Of a DNA stretch of 64,000 bases, positions 8,340-16,904 are shown in pieces (the stretch's first letter is position 1; each line of letters begins with the position of its first letter). Source of the stretch: an uncultured Actinomycetes bacterium (lineage in GTDB: Bacteria > Actinomycetota > Thermoleophilia > RBG-16-64-13). The position numbers and the translations under genes were made by a program. The DNA lies in NCBI GenBank assembly GCA_963841735.1, contig CAWJDT010000005.1, forward strand, positions 254,620-318,619, written 5' to 3'. The notes under the pieces are model-generated. The model was not told where the DNA came from. It searched no databases and saw nothing but the letters and a program-made list of their open reading frames with translations.

Positions 8340-9253
8340 CCCTCCCGTTCGCCCTCCCGCTCGCGTGGCCTTGGCTTTTCGAGACCACCTGCAAATCCGA
8401 GGCAAACCGCTTGCGCTGCGCGACGACTCTTAGTCTCTCTCGTATGCATTCTTCGAGAGACAAGGCTATGAGGCGCGGCCCCTCTGCTCATGGCGTTAGG
8501 CAGACTCTCAGTGAACGCGATGAAGCCATCATCAGGAGCGTAGAGGACTACCGCTATATGTCCTCCGGTCAGCTAGAGCTGCTGCACTTCTCCGACCAGG
8601 CCAGCCAACCGACCGCCGCCAGAACTTGCCGACGAGTGCTGTCGCGCCTCACCAAATTGGGCCTGCTATGGCAGCTTGAACGACGCATCGGAGGGGTGCG
8701 GGCAGGCTCGGCCTCCTACGTCTATGGCCTGGGAGCGCTGGGCTATCGGATTCTGCATGAGGGCTCGCCACCGAGGCAGAACGAACCGTCGACCCAGTTT
8801 CTCGATCACACGCTCGCCATCACCGGGCTGGCCGTCGATCTGCACGTCCAGGAGAGGAGCGGCTCGCTGGAGCTTCTCGAAGTCGCGACCGAGCCAAAAT
8901 GCTGGCGGCCGTTCACCGTCGGCCTGGAAAGTAGCGAGACCCTGAAGCCGGACCTCTTCGTCTCGCTGCGCTCCGGTGGCTACGAGTACCACTGGTTCGT
9001 CGAGGTCGATCTTGCCACTCATAGCGCCGCCTCGGTGCTTCGTAAATGTGCCATCTATCAGAAGTACTGGCAGACAGGCATTGAACAAGACAGGTCGGGG
9101 GTATTTCCGAAAGTCCTCTGGGTCACTCCGTACACCCGGCGGCAAGCGCTAATTCGACGCTCGATCTCGGCCTCTCGCCAGCTTCACCCGGATCTCTTTC
9201 AAGTGTGCAGTCGTGAGGCCGCCGTGGCCTGCCTGACGGGGGAAGAGTCATGA
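8336..9253 (+). CDS. replication-relaxation (Replic_Relax) family protein
   Basis: LSERD..II winged-helix start, FLDHTLAI, TEP.CWR, LKPD...WFVEVDLAT...K...Y motifs. AGGAGG precedes ATG 8336 (alternative start 8468). Confidence 0.88.
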   Translation: MTLPFALPLAWPWLFETTCKSEANRLRCATTLSLSRMHSSRDKAMRRGPSAHGVRQTLSERDEAIIRSVEDYRYMSSGQLELLHFSDQASQPTAARTCRRVLSRLTKLGLLWQLERRIGGVRAGSASYVYGLGALGYRILHEGSPPRQNEPSTQFLDHTLAITGLAVDLHVQERSGSLELLEVATEPKCWRPFTVGLESSETLKPDLFVSLRSGGYEYHWFVEVDLATHSAASVLRKCAIYQKYWQTGIEQDRSGVFPKVLWVTPYTRRQALIRRSISASRQLHPDLFQVCSREAAVACLTGEES

Positions 9254-10380
9254 GGCCGCTGCCGCTCGGACAGGTCATGGTCGGCGACGCCCGCCAAGTC
9301 CTGGACAGCCTGCCGGAGCATTCGGTCGACTGCGTCATAACCAGCCCGCCGTATTACCGGCTGCGCAACTACCAGCACGATGATCAGATTGGGCTGGAGG
9401 CGCATGTCGAGGACTGGGTGCGCGAACTGCGCGCCGTGGCCCGCAAGATCGCCAGAGTCCTAAAAGAGGAAGGAGCCTTTTGGTTGAGCCTTGGCGACAC
9501 GTTCTCGCGCTCAACAGAAGACGGAGCACTGCCGAAGTCACTCGTTCTGGCCCCGGAGCGCTTGGCTCTCGCTCTTATCAAGGACGGGTGGATTCTGCGC
9601 AACAAGGTGGTGTGGGCCAAGACCAACCCCATGCCGACCAGCGTACGCGACCGGCTCAGCTGCACCCACGAGTACCTGTATTTCTTCGTCCGCCGCCGCC
9701 ACTACTACTTTGATCTGGATGCCATCCGCATGCCGCATGTCAGCCCGCCTAACAAGGTCAGCGCAAGCGCCGGGACTTGGTCCGTGCCGCCAGGCTGGCG
9801 CGGGCCGAATAGCGGGCGCAACGAGGGCTTGGGCCGACTCAAACGGGCGGGTCTGGCTGGGCATCCGCTCGGCAAGAACCCCGGCGATGTGTGGCGCCTG
9901 GCCACGGCTGGCTATCGCGGGCAGCATCACGCTGTATTCCCGGAACGCTTGGTCGAACGGCCGCTGCTTGCCAGCTGCCCAGAGAAGGTCTGCTCGGCCT
10001 GCGGCAAGGCCTGGACCCGGCGGAGAGCGAAGTCACTAGGTCACGTGGCCGTCACTGCAACGCTGGCCCCAAATTGCCCATGCAAAGCAGGACCTCTCCC
10101 CGGCGTTGTCCTTGATCCGTTTATCGGCTCAGGCACGGTGGCGGTGGTAGCTGAGCGCCACAAACGCGACTGGATGGGAATCGACATCAACCCGACCTTC
10201 TCATCGCTCGTCGCCGGTCGGCTGGGGAACGCTCCCGCTAAGTATTCAACAGAACCCGCCCGGTCCGTTTCTCGATCAAACGCAGCCCATGCGCCAGGAC
10301 GCCCTGCGCCCGTGGGCTGCGCCACACCGAGAAGGCACGGCAACGAAGACAAACACGGAATCAAGGAGGTCAACGGATGA
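9250..10380 (+). CDS. site-specific DNA methyltransferase (N4-C/N6-A, beta-class motif order)
   Basis: Catalytic ITSPPY precedes SAM-binding VLDPFIGSGT. Also WAKTNPMP, HEY and H.AVFP motifs. Confidence 0.92.
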   Translation: MRPLPLGQVMVGDARQVLDSLPEHSVDCVITSPPYYRLRNYQHDDQIGLEAHVEDWVRELRAVARKIARVLKEEGAFWLSLGDTFSRSTEDGALPKSLVLAPERLALALIKDGWILRNKVVWAKTNPMPTSVRDRLSCTHEYLYFFVRRRHYYFDLDAIRMPHVSPPNKVSASAGTWSVPPGWRGPNSGRNEGLGRLKRAGLAGHPLGKNPGDVWRLATAGYRGQHHAVFPERLVERPLLASCPEKVCSACGKAWTRRRAKSLGHVAVTATLAPNCPCKAGPLPGVVLDPFIGSGTVAVVAERHKRDWMGIDINPTFSSLVAGRLGNAPAKYSTEPARSVSRSNAAHAPGRPAPVGCATPRRHGNEDKHGIKEVNG

Positions 10381-10673
10381 AGACTCTTGCCATTCGCATG
10401 GAGGAGGATCAGCACGCCCAGATGAGCGTTCTCGCTCAGCTTTCCGGTCGGACCATCACCGACGAGATACGGGAAGCCATCGAGACGCACATCGAAAGCA
10501 AGCGTTCCAATCCCGAGCTGACGGCCAAGGCCCAGGACGTTCTCGATGACATCGAGCGTCAGGCGCACGTCCGCCAATACGCGATCATCACGCTGTTCGG
10601 AGAGGGCGCCAAGCCCGAGCCGAAAAAAGCCGACGCCCACAAAGAGCCGACCCCAAACACCCCGTCCAAGTAA
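10377..10673 (+). CDS. ribbon-helix-helix-like DNA-binding protein
   Basis: MKTLAIRMEE...LAQLSGRTITDEIREAI RHH pattern. AAGGAGG RBS. Confidence 0.7.
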   Translation: MKTLAIRMEEDQHAQMSVLAQLSGRTITDEIREAIETHIESKRSNPELTAKAQDVLDDIERQAHVRQYAIITLFGEGAKPEPKKADAHKEPTPNTPSK

Positions 10674-10705
10674 CTTTTCTCTCGCCTGCAGCCACTCGGT
10701 GTTGC

Positions 10706-10747
10706 GGGGACCTGGTTCGCGGACAGAATCCGTCGAACCAGGTCCCC
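10706..10747 (+). terminator. strong hairpin after the transfer operon
   Basis: 14-bp perfect stem GGGGACCTGGTTCG / CGAACCAGGTCCCC. No U-tract. Confidence 0.5.
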
Positions 10748-10831
10748 AGGAATCACAAAATCCCTGCAAAACCGTTGTAGAATTGTCCCTATGCGATGCG
10801 TTTTCGCATCGTTCCTGGTAGAATAGAGGGA

Positions 10832-11215
10832 ATGAAACCGCGACGAAGGCGGGGATTTGGGATGACAAAAGAAGAGACAGAAAGACTCGGCGAACTATTG
10901 AAGGCGAAGCGGCAACAGCTTGGCCTGTCAACACACCGCCTGGCGAAGCTGGCTGACGTTGACCAGGCCACGGTCGTCCGAATCGAGAGCGGGGGTATCA
11001 GCGCGCCCCACTCTGACAAGCTCGCACGCATCGCGGCTGCGCTGGAACTACCTGCGAGCAAGGTCTTCGCCCTGGCCGGCTACTTCTTCCCGAACGACCT
11101 GCCAGAGCTGTCCACCTATCTCAGGCTGCAATATCCGGAACTACTCGCAGAAGACAGAGTGAAGATCGAGCAACTAATTGGACGACTAGAAAAGAAACGC
11201 AAAGTAGCTATCTAA
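10832..11215 (+). CDS. XRE-family HTH transcriptional regulator
   Basis: LGELLKAKRQQLGLSTHRLAKLADVDQATVVRIESG. Start is 10832 or 10862. Confidence 0.88.
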   Translation: MKPRRRRGFGMTKEETERLGELLKAKRQQLGLSTHRLAKLADVDQATVVRIESGGISAPHSDKLARIAAALELPASKVFALAGYFFPNDLPELSTYLRLQYPELLAEDRVKIEQLIGRLEKKRKVAI

Positions 11216-11243
11216 GGCAATGGGCCAGAAAGGAGGGAGGGTA

Positions 11244-12974
11244 ATGGCACCAGAACACACAGATGAGGCGGGCACCATGGACGAACGCACAGCGAGTCCG
11301 GTTCAAGCAGGAGACGTGCGTGCAGTCATATACCTGCGCGTTTCGACGAGGGAGCAAGCTGAGATGGGCGGCGAAGCGGAGGGATACTCCATCCCGGCTC
11401 AACGAGCAGCCTGCACACGCAAGGCCGGTTCCCTGAATGCTTTTGTCACTGAGGAGTTCGTCGACCGAGGCGAGAGTGCCAAGACCGCCAATCGCCCCGA
11501 ATTGATGAACATGCTCCGATACCTACGCGAGCACCCCGTCCAGTACGTCATCGTGCACAAGGTTGACCGTCTGGCCCGCAACAGAGCCGATGATGTCGCC
11601 ATCACCGTGGCGGTGAAGAATGCCGGGGCGACCCTCGTCTCCTGCTCCGAGAACATCGACGAGACGCCGAGCGGCCTTCTCTTGCACGGCATCATGAGTT
11701 CAATCGCAGAGTTTTACAGTGCCAACCTGGCGACCGAAGTCCGCAAAGGAATGGACCAGAAGGCCAAGACTGGTGGAACGCCTACAAAGGCTCCGGTCGG
11801 CTACCTGCATGTCCGCCGGCTGGAAAATGGCCACGAGGTCAAGACGATCGAAGTAGATCCCGACCGCGCGCCCCTCGTCCTGCTGGCGTTTCAGCTCTAC
11901 GCCACCGGGCAATGGACGATTAGCGAGCTGAACGACAAGCTCGCTGATATGGGTCTCACATCCCGACCCGGCCCCAACACCCCAGCCAAACGCATGAGTC
12001 GGGCGGCCTTCCATATGGTGCTCTGCAACCCCTACTACATCGGCAAGGTAAAACATCGCGGGATGCAGTATGACGGCAACCACCCACCTCTGATCCCTCT
12101 CGAGCTTTTCAACCAAGTTCAGGCCATGTTGGTGGCGCATCGGCACGCAGGGGAAAAGCAACAGACCTACATCCACTACCTCAAAGGCAGCATATTCTGC
12201 GGCACGTGCGGCGCCAAGCTCAGCCTCATGAACCCGCGCAGCTGCAACGGCGATCTCTATCACTACTTCTTCTGCCTGGGGCGGCAGTACAACAAGCACA
12301 GCTGCTCGCAGAAGGTCATGGATATCACTCAAGTCGAGAAGCTGGTCGAGGAGCACTACCTGACAATCCAGCTACCAGAAGAACGGGTAGCGGAGATCAC
12401 CTATTCGCTGCGGCAGGCCCTAGCCGACCACCGCGAAGAGGCGGAAGCGGCCGAGCGACTGGAGACTCTGAGAATAAGCCGCCTGAGCAAGGAACGGGAG
12501 AAGCTTTTGCAGCTTCACTATGCGGATGCCGTTCCAGCCGATCTATTCAAGCAGGAGGCGGGGCGCATCACCCGCGAACTTGAAGAGGCCCGTCGGCAGC
12601 TGGCGATCGTCTCAGTCTCCTTCGATACGATTGAGAAGAACATGGAACGAGCCCTCAAACTGGCCCGAGATTGCTACACGGCCTACAAAGACGCAGACGA
12701 CACGACTAGACGGCTTTTCAACCAGGCGTTCTTCGACAAGCTCCTCATCTGCTACGACGGCACGGTGACGCACGAGTTGGCTGAGCCCTTCAAGCTGCTA
12801 CTCGACCCAGACTTAGTCGGTTGGTTCAAGCCAAAGGGAAGATCAAGGAAAGCGGCAGGGGCAAGCAACACCGCGCGGAGGGCTGATAACGCCAACAGCC
12901 TGGCTTTTGGCCAGGCTGTTGGTTCAAACAACGAAACTTTGGTGGGGGATACTGGATTTGAACCGGCAAGATGA
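11244..12974 (+). CDS. large serine recombinase (integrase)
   Basis: YLRVS catalytic Ser, DRLARN, recombinase domain, Zn ribbon CGTCG...C...C and coiled coil. GGAGGGAGG RBS before ATG 11244. Confidence 0.95.
   Translation: MAPEHTDEAGTMDERTASPVQAGDVRAVIYLRVSTREQAEMGGEAEGYSIPAQRAACTRKAGSLNAFVTEEFVDRGESAKTANRPELMNMLRYLREHPVQYVIVHKVDRLARNRADDVAITVAVKNAGATLVSCSENIDETPSGLLLHGIMSSIAEFYSANLATEVRKGMDQKAKTGGTPTKAPVGYLHVRRLENGHEVKTIEVDPDRAPLVLLAFQLYATGQWTISELNDKLADMGLTSRPGPNTPAKRMSRAAFHMVLCNPYYIGKVKHRGMQYDGNHPPLIPLELFNQVQAMLVAHRHAGEKQQTYIHYLKGSIFCGTCGAKLSLMNPRSCNGDLYHYFFCLGRQYNKHSCSQKVMDITQVEKLVEEHYLTIQLPEERVAEITYSLRQALADHREEAEAAERLETLRISRLSKEREKLLQLHYADAVPADLFKQEAGRITRELEEARRQLAIVSVSFDTIEKNMERALKLARDCYTAYKDADDTTRRLFNQAFFDKLLICYDGTVTHELAEPFKLLLDPDLVGWFKPKGRSRKAAGASNTARRADNANSLAFGQAVGSNNETLVGDTGFEPAR
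12921..12964. other. probable hybrid att site of the serine recombinase, with a tRNA 3'-end fragment as the right arm
   Basis: Inverted repeat GGTTCAAA (12921-12928) / TTTGAACC (12957-12964) centred on GT 12942-12943. The minus strand reads GGTTCAAATCCAGTATCCCCCACCA (T-loop, acceptor strand, ACCA). Confidence 0.75.
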
Positions 12975-13223
12975 GAATTGCCCGGAATAGTGGCCTCACG
13001 GTCTCAGACTCGCCCCCGGCGGCTCCGTATCTCCGGTCCAGACGATGGCACAGTTCGGCCCCTCGGGGGTATCCCTGGGGAAGTGAACACGCGAAGCATG
13101 ACTCCCACCAGAACCAGCTCCGCCAGCGCCACCACGACCCCGACATGCCAAGGCTTGATCCGCCTCAGTCCAGCATTGCGCCGGCGCCGATACGTGCCCA
13201 CTTGCCCAAAGACCTGCCGCTTG

Positions 13224-14513
13224 TCATGCGTCGCCGCGGCCGAACCGCGCCACCAAGGCCAAGCGATCATCTTGCGACCGCCTCTCTTCATGAAAACGTT
13301 CGCTCGCGCGACATAGGGCCGCCGGCAAATCGGAGAGCGGGCAGCAGCTCGCGACGTCCCTCCAAACAGCGGTGATGCCCTCCACGCCAAACAGCGCACC
13401 GCCGCGGCGTGACTCGGCTATGCCATCTGTGTAGAGCAGGAGTGCCGCGCCCGAGGCGAAGGGAACCGTCCCGCCCGCAAAGAGCTCGCTCGCCCCCACT
13501 CCCAGCGGAAGGTTGGCCGGAAGGTCGATCTCCTCGAGCGTTCCTCCCTGTTCAAGCCGGACCGGAGGCGGGTGCCCGGCCACAGCCGCGGCCAGCTCCC
13601 CTGCTGCGCTGTAACGACAGATCACCAGAGTCACAAATCGGTCGGCGGAGATGACGTCCGCCAGCAACCTGTTCGCCTGCGCGAGCAGCTCACTCGGATC
13701 GCCACACGTGCGGGCGAGTTCGCTGATGCCGCGACGCGCCTGAGCGGCCATGCCCGCCACCTCTATTCCCTTGCCGCAACAGTCGCCCACGTAGACGACC
13801 ACCTCCCCGGAATCGAGGGCAAAGGCGTCGTAGAAATCGCCGCCCACCTGAGCCATCTCGGTCGCCGAAGTGAAGGCCACGGCCAGATCCACGCCGGGGA
13901 TGCGCGGCAGATCCCGCGGCAAGAGAGCCATCTCCACCGCTTGGAGTAAAGCCCGCTGCCGCTCCTCCTCTTGATAGCGGCCAAGAAATGAGCCGCATAT
14001 CCGACAAGCCTGCTCCAGAACGTCGGCGCTGGCGGAGAACTTCTCGGGGGCTGAGTCGGCCAGGTGAAGAGAGCCCAGGGAGCCGTCCTCGCCCAGAAGC
14101 GGAAAGATGGCGATAGATTCATACCCTTCGAGGATGCACCGCCCCCGCACGTGCCCCAACTCTTCGGGCGCGAACTCCTTGCCGATGGACTGCACCCTCC
14201 CCCACACGAAGGAGCCGCCGGCTGTGAAGAAGGGAAGCCCAGGGTCGCCCAGACGTGAGCACACGCGCCCGCACATGCATTCGCCGGCGCCGATGAGGGC
14301 CTCGTCTTGTAGGAAGCGGGCATTCAAACCCCGATGGACAACGGCGGGGATCCATCCTCCCCCTCGTCCCTCTGTCTCCACCATCCTGAGCATGGCCGCG
14401 TCGCAGCCGGTTAGCTCCCGAGCCCAGTCGGTCAGACTCCCAGCGGCCTCGTCGAACGTGCGGGCCTGGGCTACCCGCGCGACGATCTCAGTCAGTGCCC
14501 TGGTATATGGCAC
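13224..14513 (-). CDS. GAF domain + SpoIIE/PP2C serine phosphatase
   Basis: VGGDFYD, VGDCCGKG, AGHPPP, LLYTDGI, DD motifs. GTG 14513 directly follows the upstream stop. Confidence 0.9.
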   Translation of the reverse strand: MPYTRALTEIVARVAQARTFDEAAGSLTDWARELTGCDAAMLRMVETEGRGGGWIPAVVHRGLNARFLQDEALIGAGECMCGRVCSRLGDPGLPFFTAGGSFVWGRVQSIGKEFAPEELGHVRGRCILEGYESIAIFPLLGEDGSLGSLHLADSAPEKFSASADVLEQACRICGSFLGRYQEEERQRALLQAVEMALLPRDLPRIPGVDLAVAFTSATEMAQVGGDFYDAFALDSGEVVVYVGDCCGKGIEVAGMAAQARRGISELARTCGDPSELLAQANRLLADVISADRFVTLVICRYSAAGELAAAVAGHPPPVRLEQGGTLEEIDLPANLPLGVGASELFAGGTVPFASGAALLLYTDGIAESRRGGALFGVEGITAVWRDVASCCPLSDLPAALCRASERFHEERRSQDDRLALVARFGRGDA

Positions 14514-14514
14514 G

Positions 14515-15522
14515 CTATTCCCCCTGCCAGTCGCTCTGCCATACCACCGACCCTGTCGTGTCCACATAGGCCAAGGTGCTCATCAGCTGCACCGCCGCCA
14601 ACCCTCCCGCAAACGGGTCGCCCGCGTCATACCGCGGCGTGATGACGAACGAGCCGCTCGTGTCCACATATCCCCAAAGACCGCCGTCCTCTGCCTGCAC
14701 CGGAGCCAGCCCCTCGCCAAAGGGCCATGCGTCGGCGAACTGGGGCTCGACCGCCCAAGCCCCGCTGGTGTCGATGTAGCCCCATTTGCCCTTCTCCCTG
14801 TCGTATGCCGCGGCCAGCCCATCGGAGAACGGTCTCACCAGGCTGAACCCCGGCCGGATGACCCAGGCGCCGGTCTGGTCGATGAAGCCCCAACCATCGC
14901 CGACCACAACCGCCGCAAGCCCGTCGGAGAAGGCCATGGCGCCGTCGAACCGAGCCTCGATCACCCAAGCACCGGCATCGTCTATGTAGCCGAACTTGCC
15001 CCCCGCCCCTGCCATCGCCAGACCGCCCGACAAACTCTCCGCGTACTCGAACTCGGCCGCGATCACCAACGAACCAGCGCTATCGATGTAGCCCCACAGG
15101 CCATCGGACTCCGGCTGCACGGCCGCCAGACCTTCGGAGAACGACCAGGCGTTGGCGAACTGCGCTTGTATCAAGAATGATCCGCTACTGTCGATGTATC
15201 CCCACCTGCTCTGGTTGCCGGTGCGCACCAAGGCGAGACCCTCGGAGAACGGCCAGGCCTCGTAGTACCTCGGCTGGATGACCAGCGCACCGCTCCCGTC
15301 CATGTAGCCCATCTGCCCGTCGGCGACGATGGGATAGAGCTGTGAGGCATCGATCATGCCGGTGGCGCCCGTGCCGCCGGTGGTGCCGGGACCGGCCGCG
15401 CCAACCCCAGTCGTGACCGAGCCCCCGACCCCTGGATGACCGGCTTCGGACGAAGAACAGCCGGCAAACGCAACCGCCCCTACCAGCAGCAGAACCACGA
15501 GGAGCATGAACAGGCGTCTCAT
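14515..15522 (-). CDS. WG (KWG)-repeat lipoprotein 1
   Basis: Signal peptide with lipobox FAGC, Gly/Thr linker, repeated FSEGLA...WGYID..G..VI.P units. Confidence 0.9.
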   Translation of the reverse strand: MRRLFMLLVVLLLVGAVAFAGCSSSEAGHPGVGGSVTTGVGAAGPGTTGGTGATGMIDASQLYPIVADGQMGYMDGSGALVIQPRYYEAWPFSEGLALVRTGNQSRWGYIDSSGSFLIQAQFANAWSFSEGLAAVQPESDGLWGYIDSAGSLVIAAEFEYAESLSGGLAMAGAGGKFGYIDDAGAWVIEARFDGAMAFSDGLAAVVVGDGWGFIDQTGAWVIRPGFSLVRPFSDGLAAAYDREKGKWGYIDTSGAWAVEPQFADAWPFGEGLAPVQAEDGGLWGYVDTSGSFVITPRYDAGDPFAGGLAAVQLMSTLAYVDTTGSVVWQSDWQGE

Positions 15523-15526
15523 CGAA

Positions 15527-16780
15527 TCACGGCGCCGTGACCGCCGAAGTTGTGGGGTGCGGTGTACTCTGCCAGACCACCTTGCCGGTGGTGTCGATAT
15601 AGGCCTTCGCAAACGCGGCTCCGGGTCGCCCTTGCACCAGGGCGAGACCACCGGAAAAGGCCCAGGCATAGTGATACTGCGGCTCGACCACCACGGCGCC
15701 CGTCGTGTCAATGTATCCGTATCTCGTCACCCCGCCCTCCCGCGTCTCGACCGCGGCAAGGCCTTCGGAGAAGTCGTACGTCATAGAGTATTGCGGCTGT
15801 ATGGCCATCGTTCCGGTACGATCCATGTAGCCGTGCCCTCTCTCGCCCCCAACCGCGGCAAGGCCTTCGGCGAAGCGAGAGCTCTGTTCGAACCGGGGCT
15901 CGATGACGAATGCACCGGTAGCGTCGATGAAACCCCATTTGTCTTCGGCCATGACCGCCGCGAGCCCTTCGGAAAAAGACTCCGCGTCGTCAAACTGGGC
16001 CTCGATCACCCAGGCCCCCGTCTTGTCGATGTAGCCATACTTGGTCACGTCGCCGTCCAAAACCGCCACAGCGGCAAGCCCCTCGGAGAAAGCGGCGGCT
16101 TCCTCAAAGTGCACCTTGACCACCCGCTTGCCGGTGGTGTTCATATAGCCCCACTTGCCCTTGTCAGACACCGCCGCCAGTCCCTCCGAGAACGGCTCCA
16201 CATAGTTGGAGTCAGGCTCGATAACAAACTGCCCTGTCTTGTCGATGAAACCCGTGGCATTGTCGGCGAGAGTCACGAGCGCGAGACCGTCGGAGAAGGG
16301 GTACGCGAACGCGTACTGCGGCTCGACCACCACGGTCCCGGTCAAGTCGATGAACCCCCACTTTGAGTCCACGGTCACAACCGCGAGACCCTCGTAGAAA
16401 GGTTCGGCGTACTGAAAGCGCGGCTCGATGGCCACTTTGCCCGTCTTGTCGATATAGCCGTAGGTGCCGGTGGCATCATCCAGAACCGGGAAGAGCGGCC
16501 CCGCGGCAGGGGTGATACCGTCCGAGACGGTGGTTGTGACGGGGGCCAACGCGCCGCCGGCAGCAGTGGAGCCGTCATCCCTCAGGGCGTAGTAGACGCC
16601 GCCGCCGATGGCGGCCACCGTGATCACGATACCCAGGCCCCAGAGCAGCAGCCTTCCACGGCGTCCCAAGAAGCGAGGCTCCTTGGTGACCGACAGCTCC
16701 GCGGCGCCCTTGGATTCACCGGTCACCAGCTTCTGGCCCTCAGGCGGCGCGTCTTGTCTCAACAGAGTGGTTCTCCTCAC
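15527..16780 (-). CDS. WG-repeat protein 2 with an N-terminal TM anchor
   Basis: TM segment LLLWGLGIVITVAAIGGGVYY followed by WG repeats. Confidence 0.9.
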   Translation of the reverse strand: MRRTTLLRQDAPPEGQKLVTGESKGAAELSVTKEPRFLGRRGRLLLWGLGIVITVAAIGGGVYYALRDDGSTAAGGALAPVTTTVSDGITPAAGPLFPVLDDATGTYGYIDKTGKVAIEPRFQYAEPFYEGLAVVTVDSKWGFIDLTGTVVVEPQYAFAYPFSDGLALVTLADNATGFIDKTGQFVIEPDSNYVEPFSEGLAAVSDKGKWGYMNTTGKRVVKVHFEEAAAFSEGLAAVAVLDGDVTKYGYIDKTGAWVIEAQFDDAESFSEGLAAVMAEDKWGFIDATGAFVIEPRFEQSSRFAEGLAAVGGERGHGYMDRTGTMAIQPQYSMTYDFSEGLAAVETREGGVTRYGYIDTTGAVVVEPQYHYAWAFSGGLALVQGRPGAAFAKAYIDTTGKVVWQSTPHPTTSAVTAP

Positions 16781-16904
16781 GGTTATGCGCGGCCGGAGCC
16801 CGCCCTCCTCAGCGTAGGCTTAAACGCTACCTGCAGGCGACGACGCGGTCAAGGCCGGCGCGTACTGCATTCTTCGCCCGCCAGACCACTTCTGGTGGCC
16901 CACC

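Larger units (their letters stand above)
1..12943. mobile_element. integrative mobilisable element / genomic island (left end outside the window)
   Basis: Integrase, att site, relaxase, coupling protein, regulators and defence cargo. Looks less GC-rich than the flank by eye. Confidence 0.85.

Noticed and set aside
12940-13034. Full-length tRNA or tRNA-Sec at the att site
   Set aside because: Only the T-loop and acceptor 3' strand fit. D and anticodon arms cannot be folded and the stems have mismatches.
13004-13220. Small TM ORF between the att site and the phosphatase
   Set aside because: No clear RBS or start and no recognisable family. The track ORF overlaps the phosphatase.
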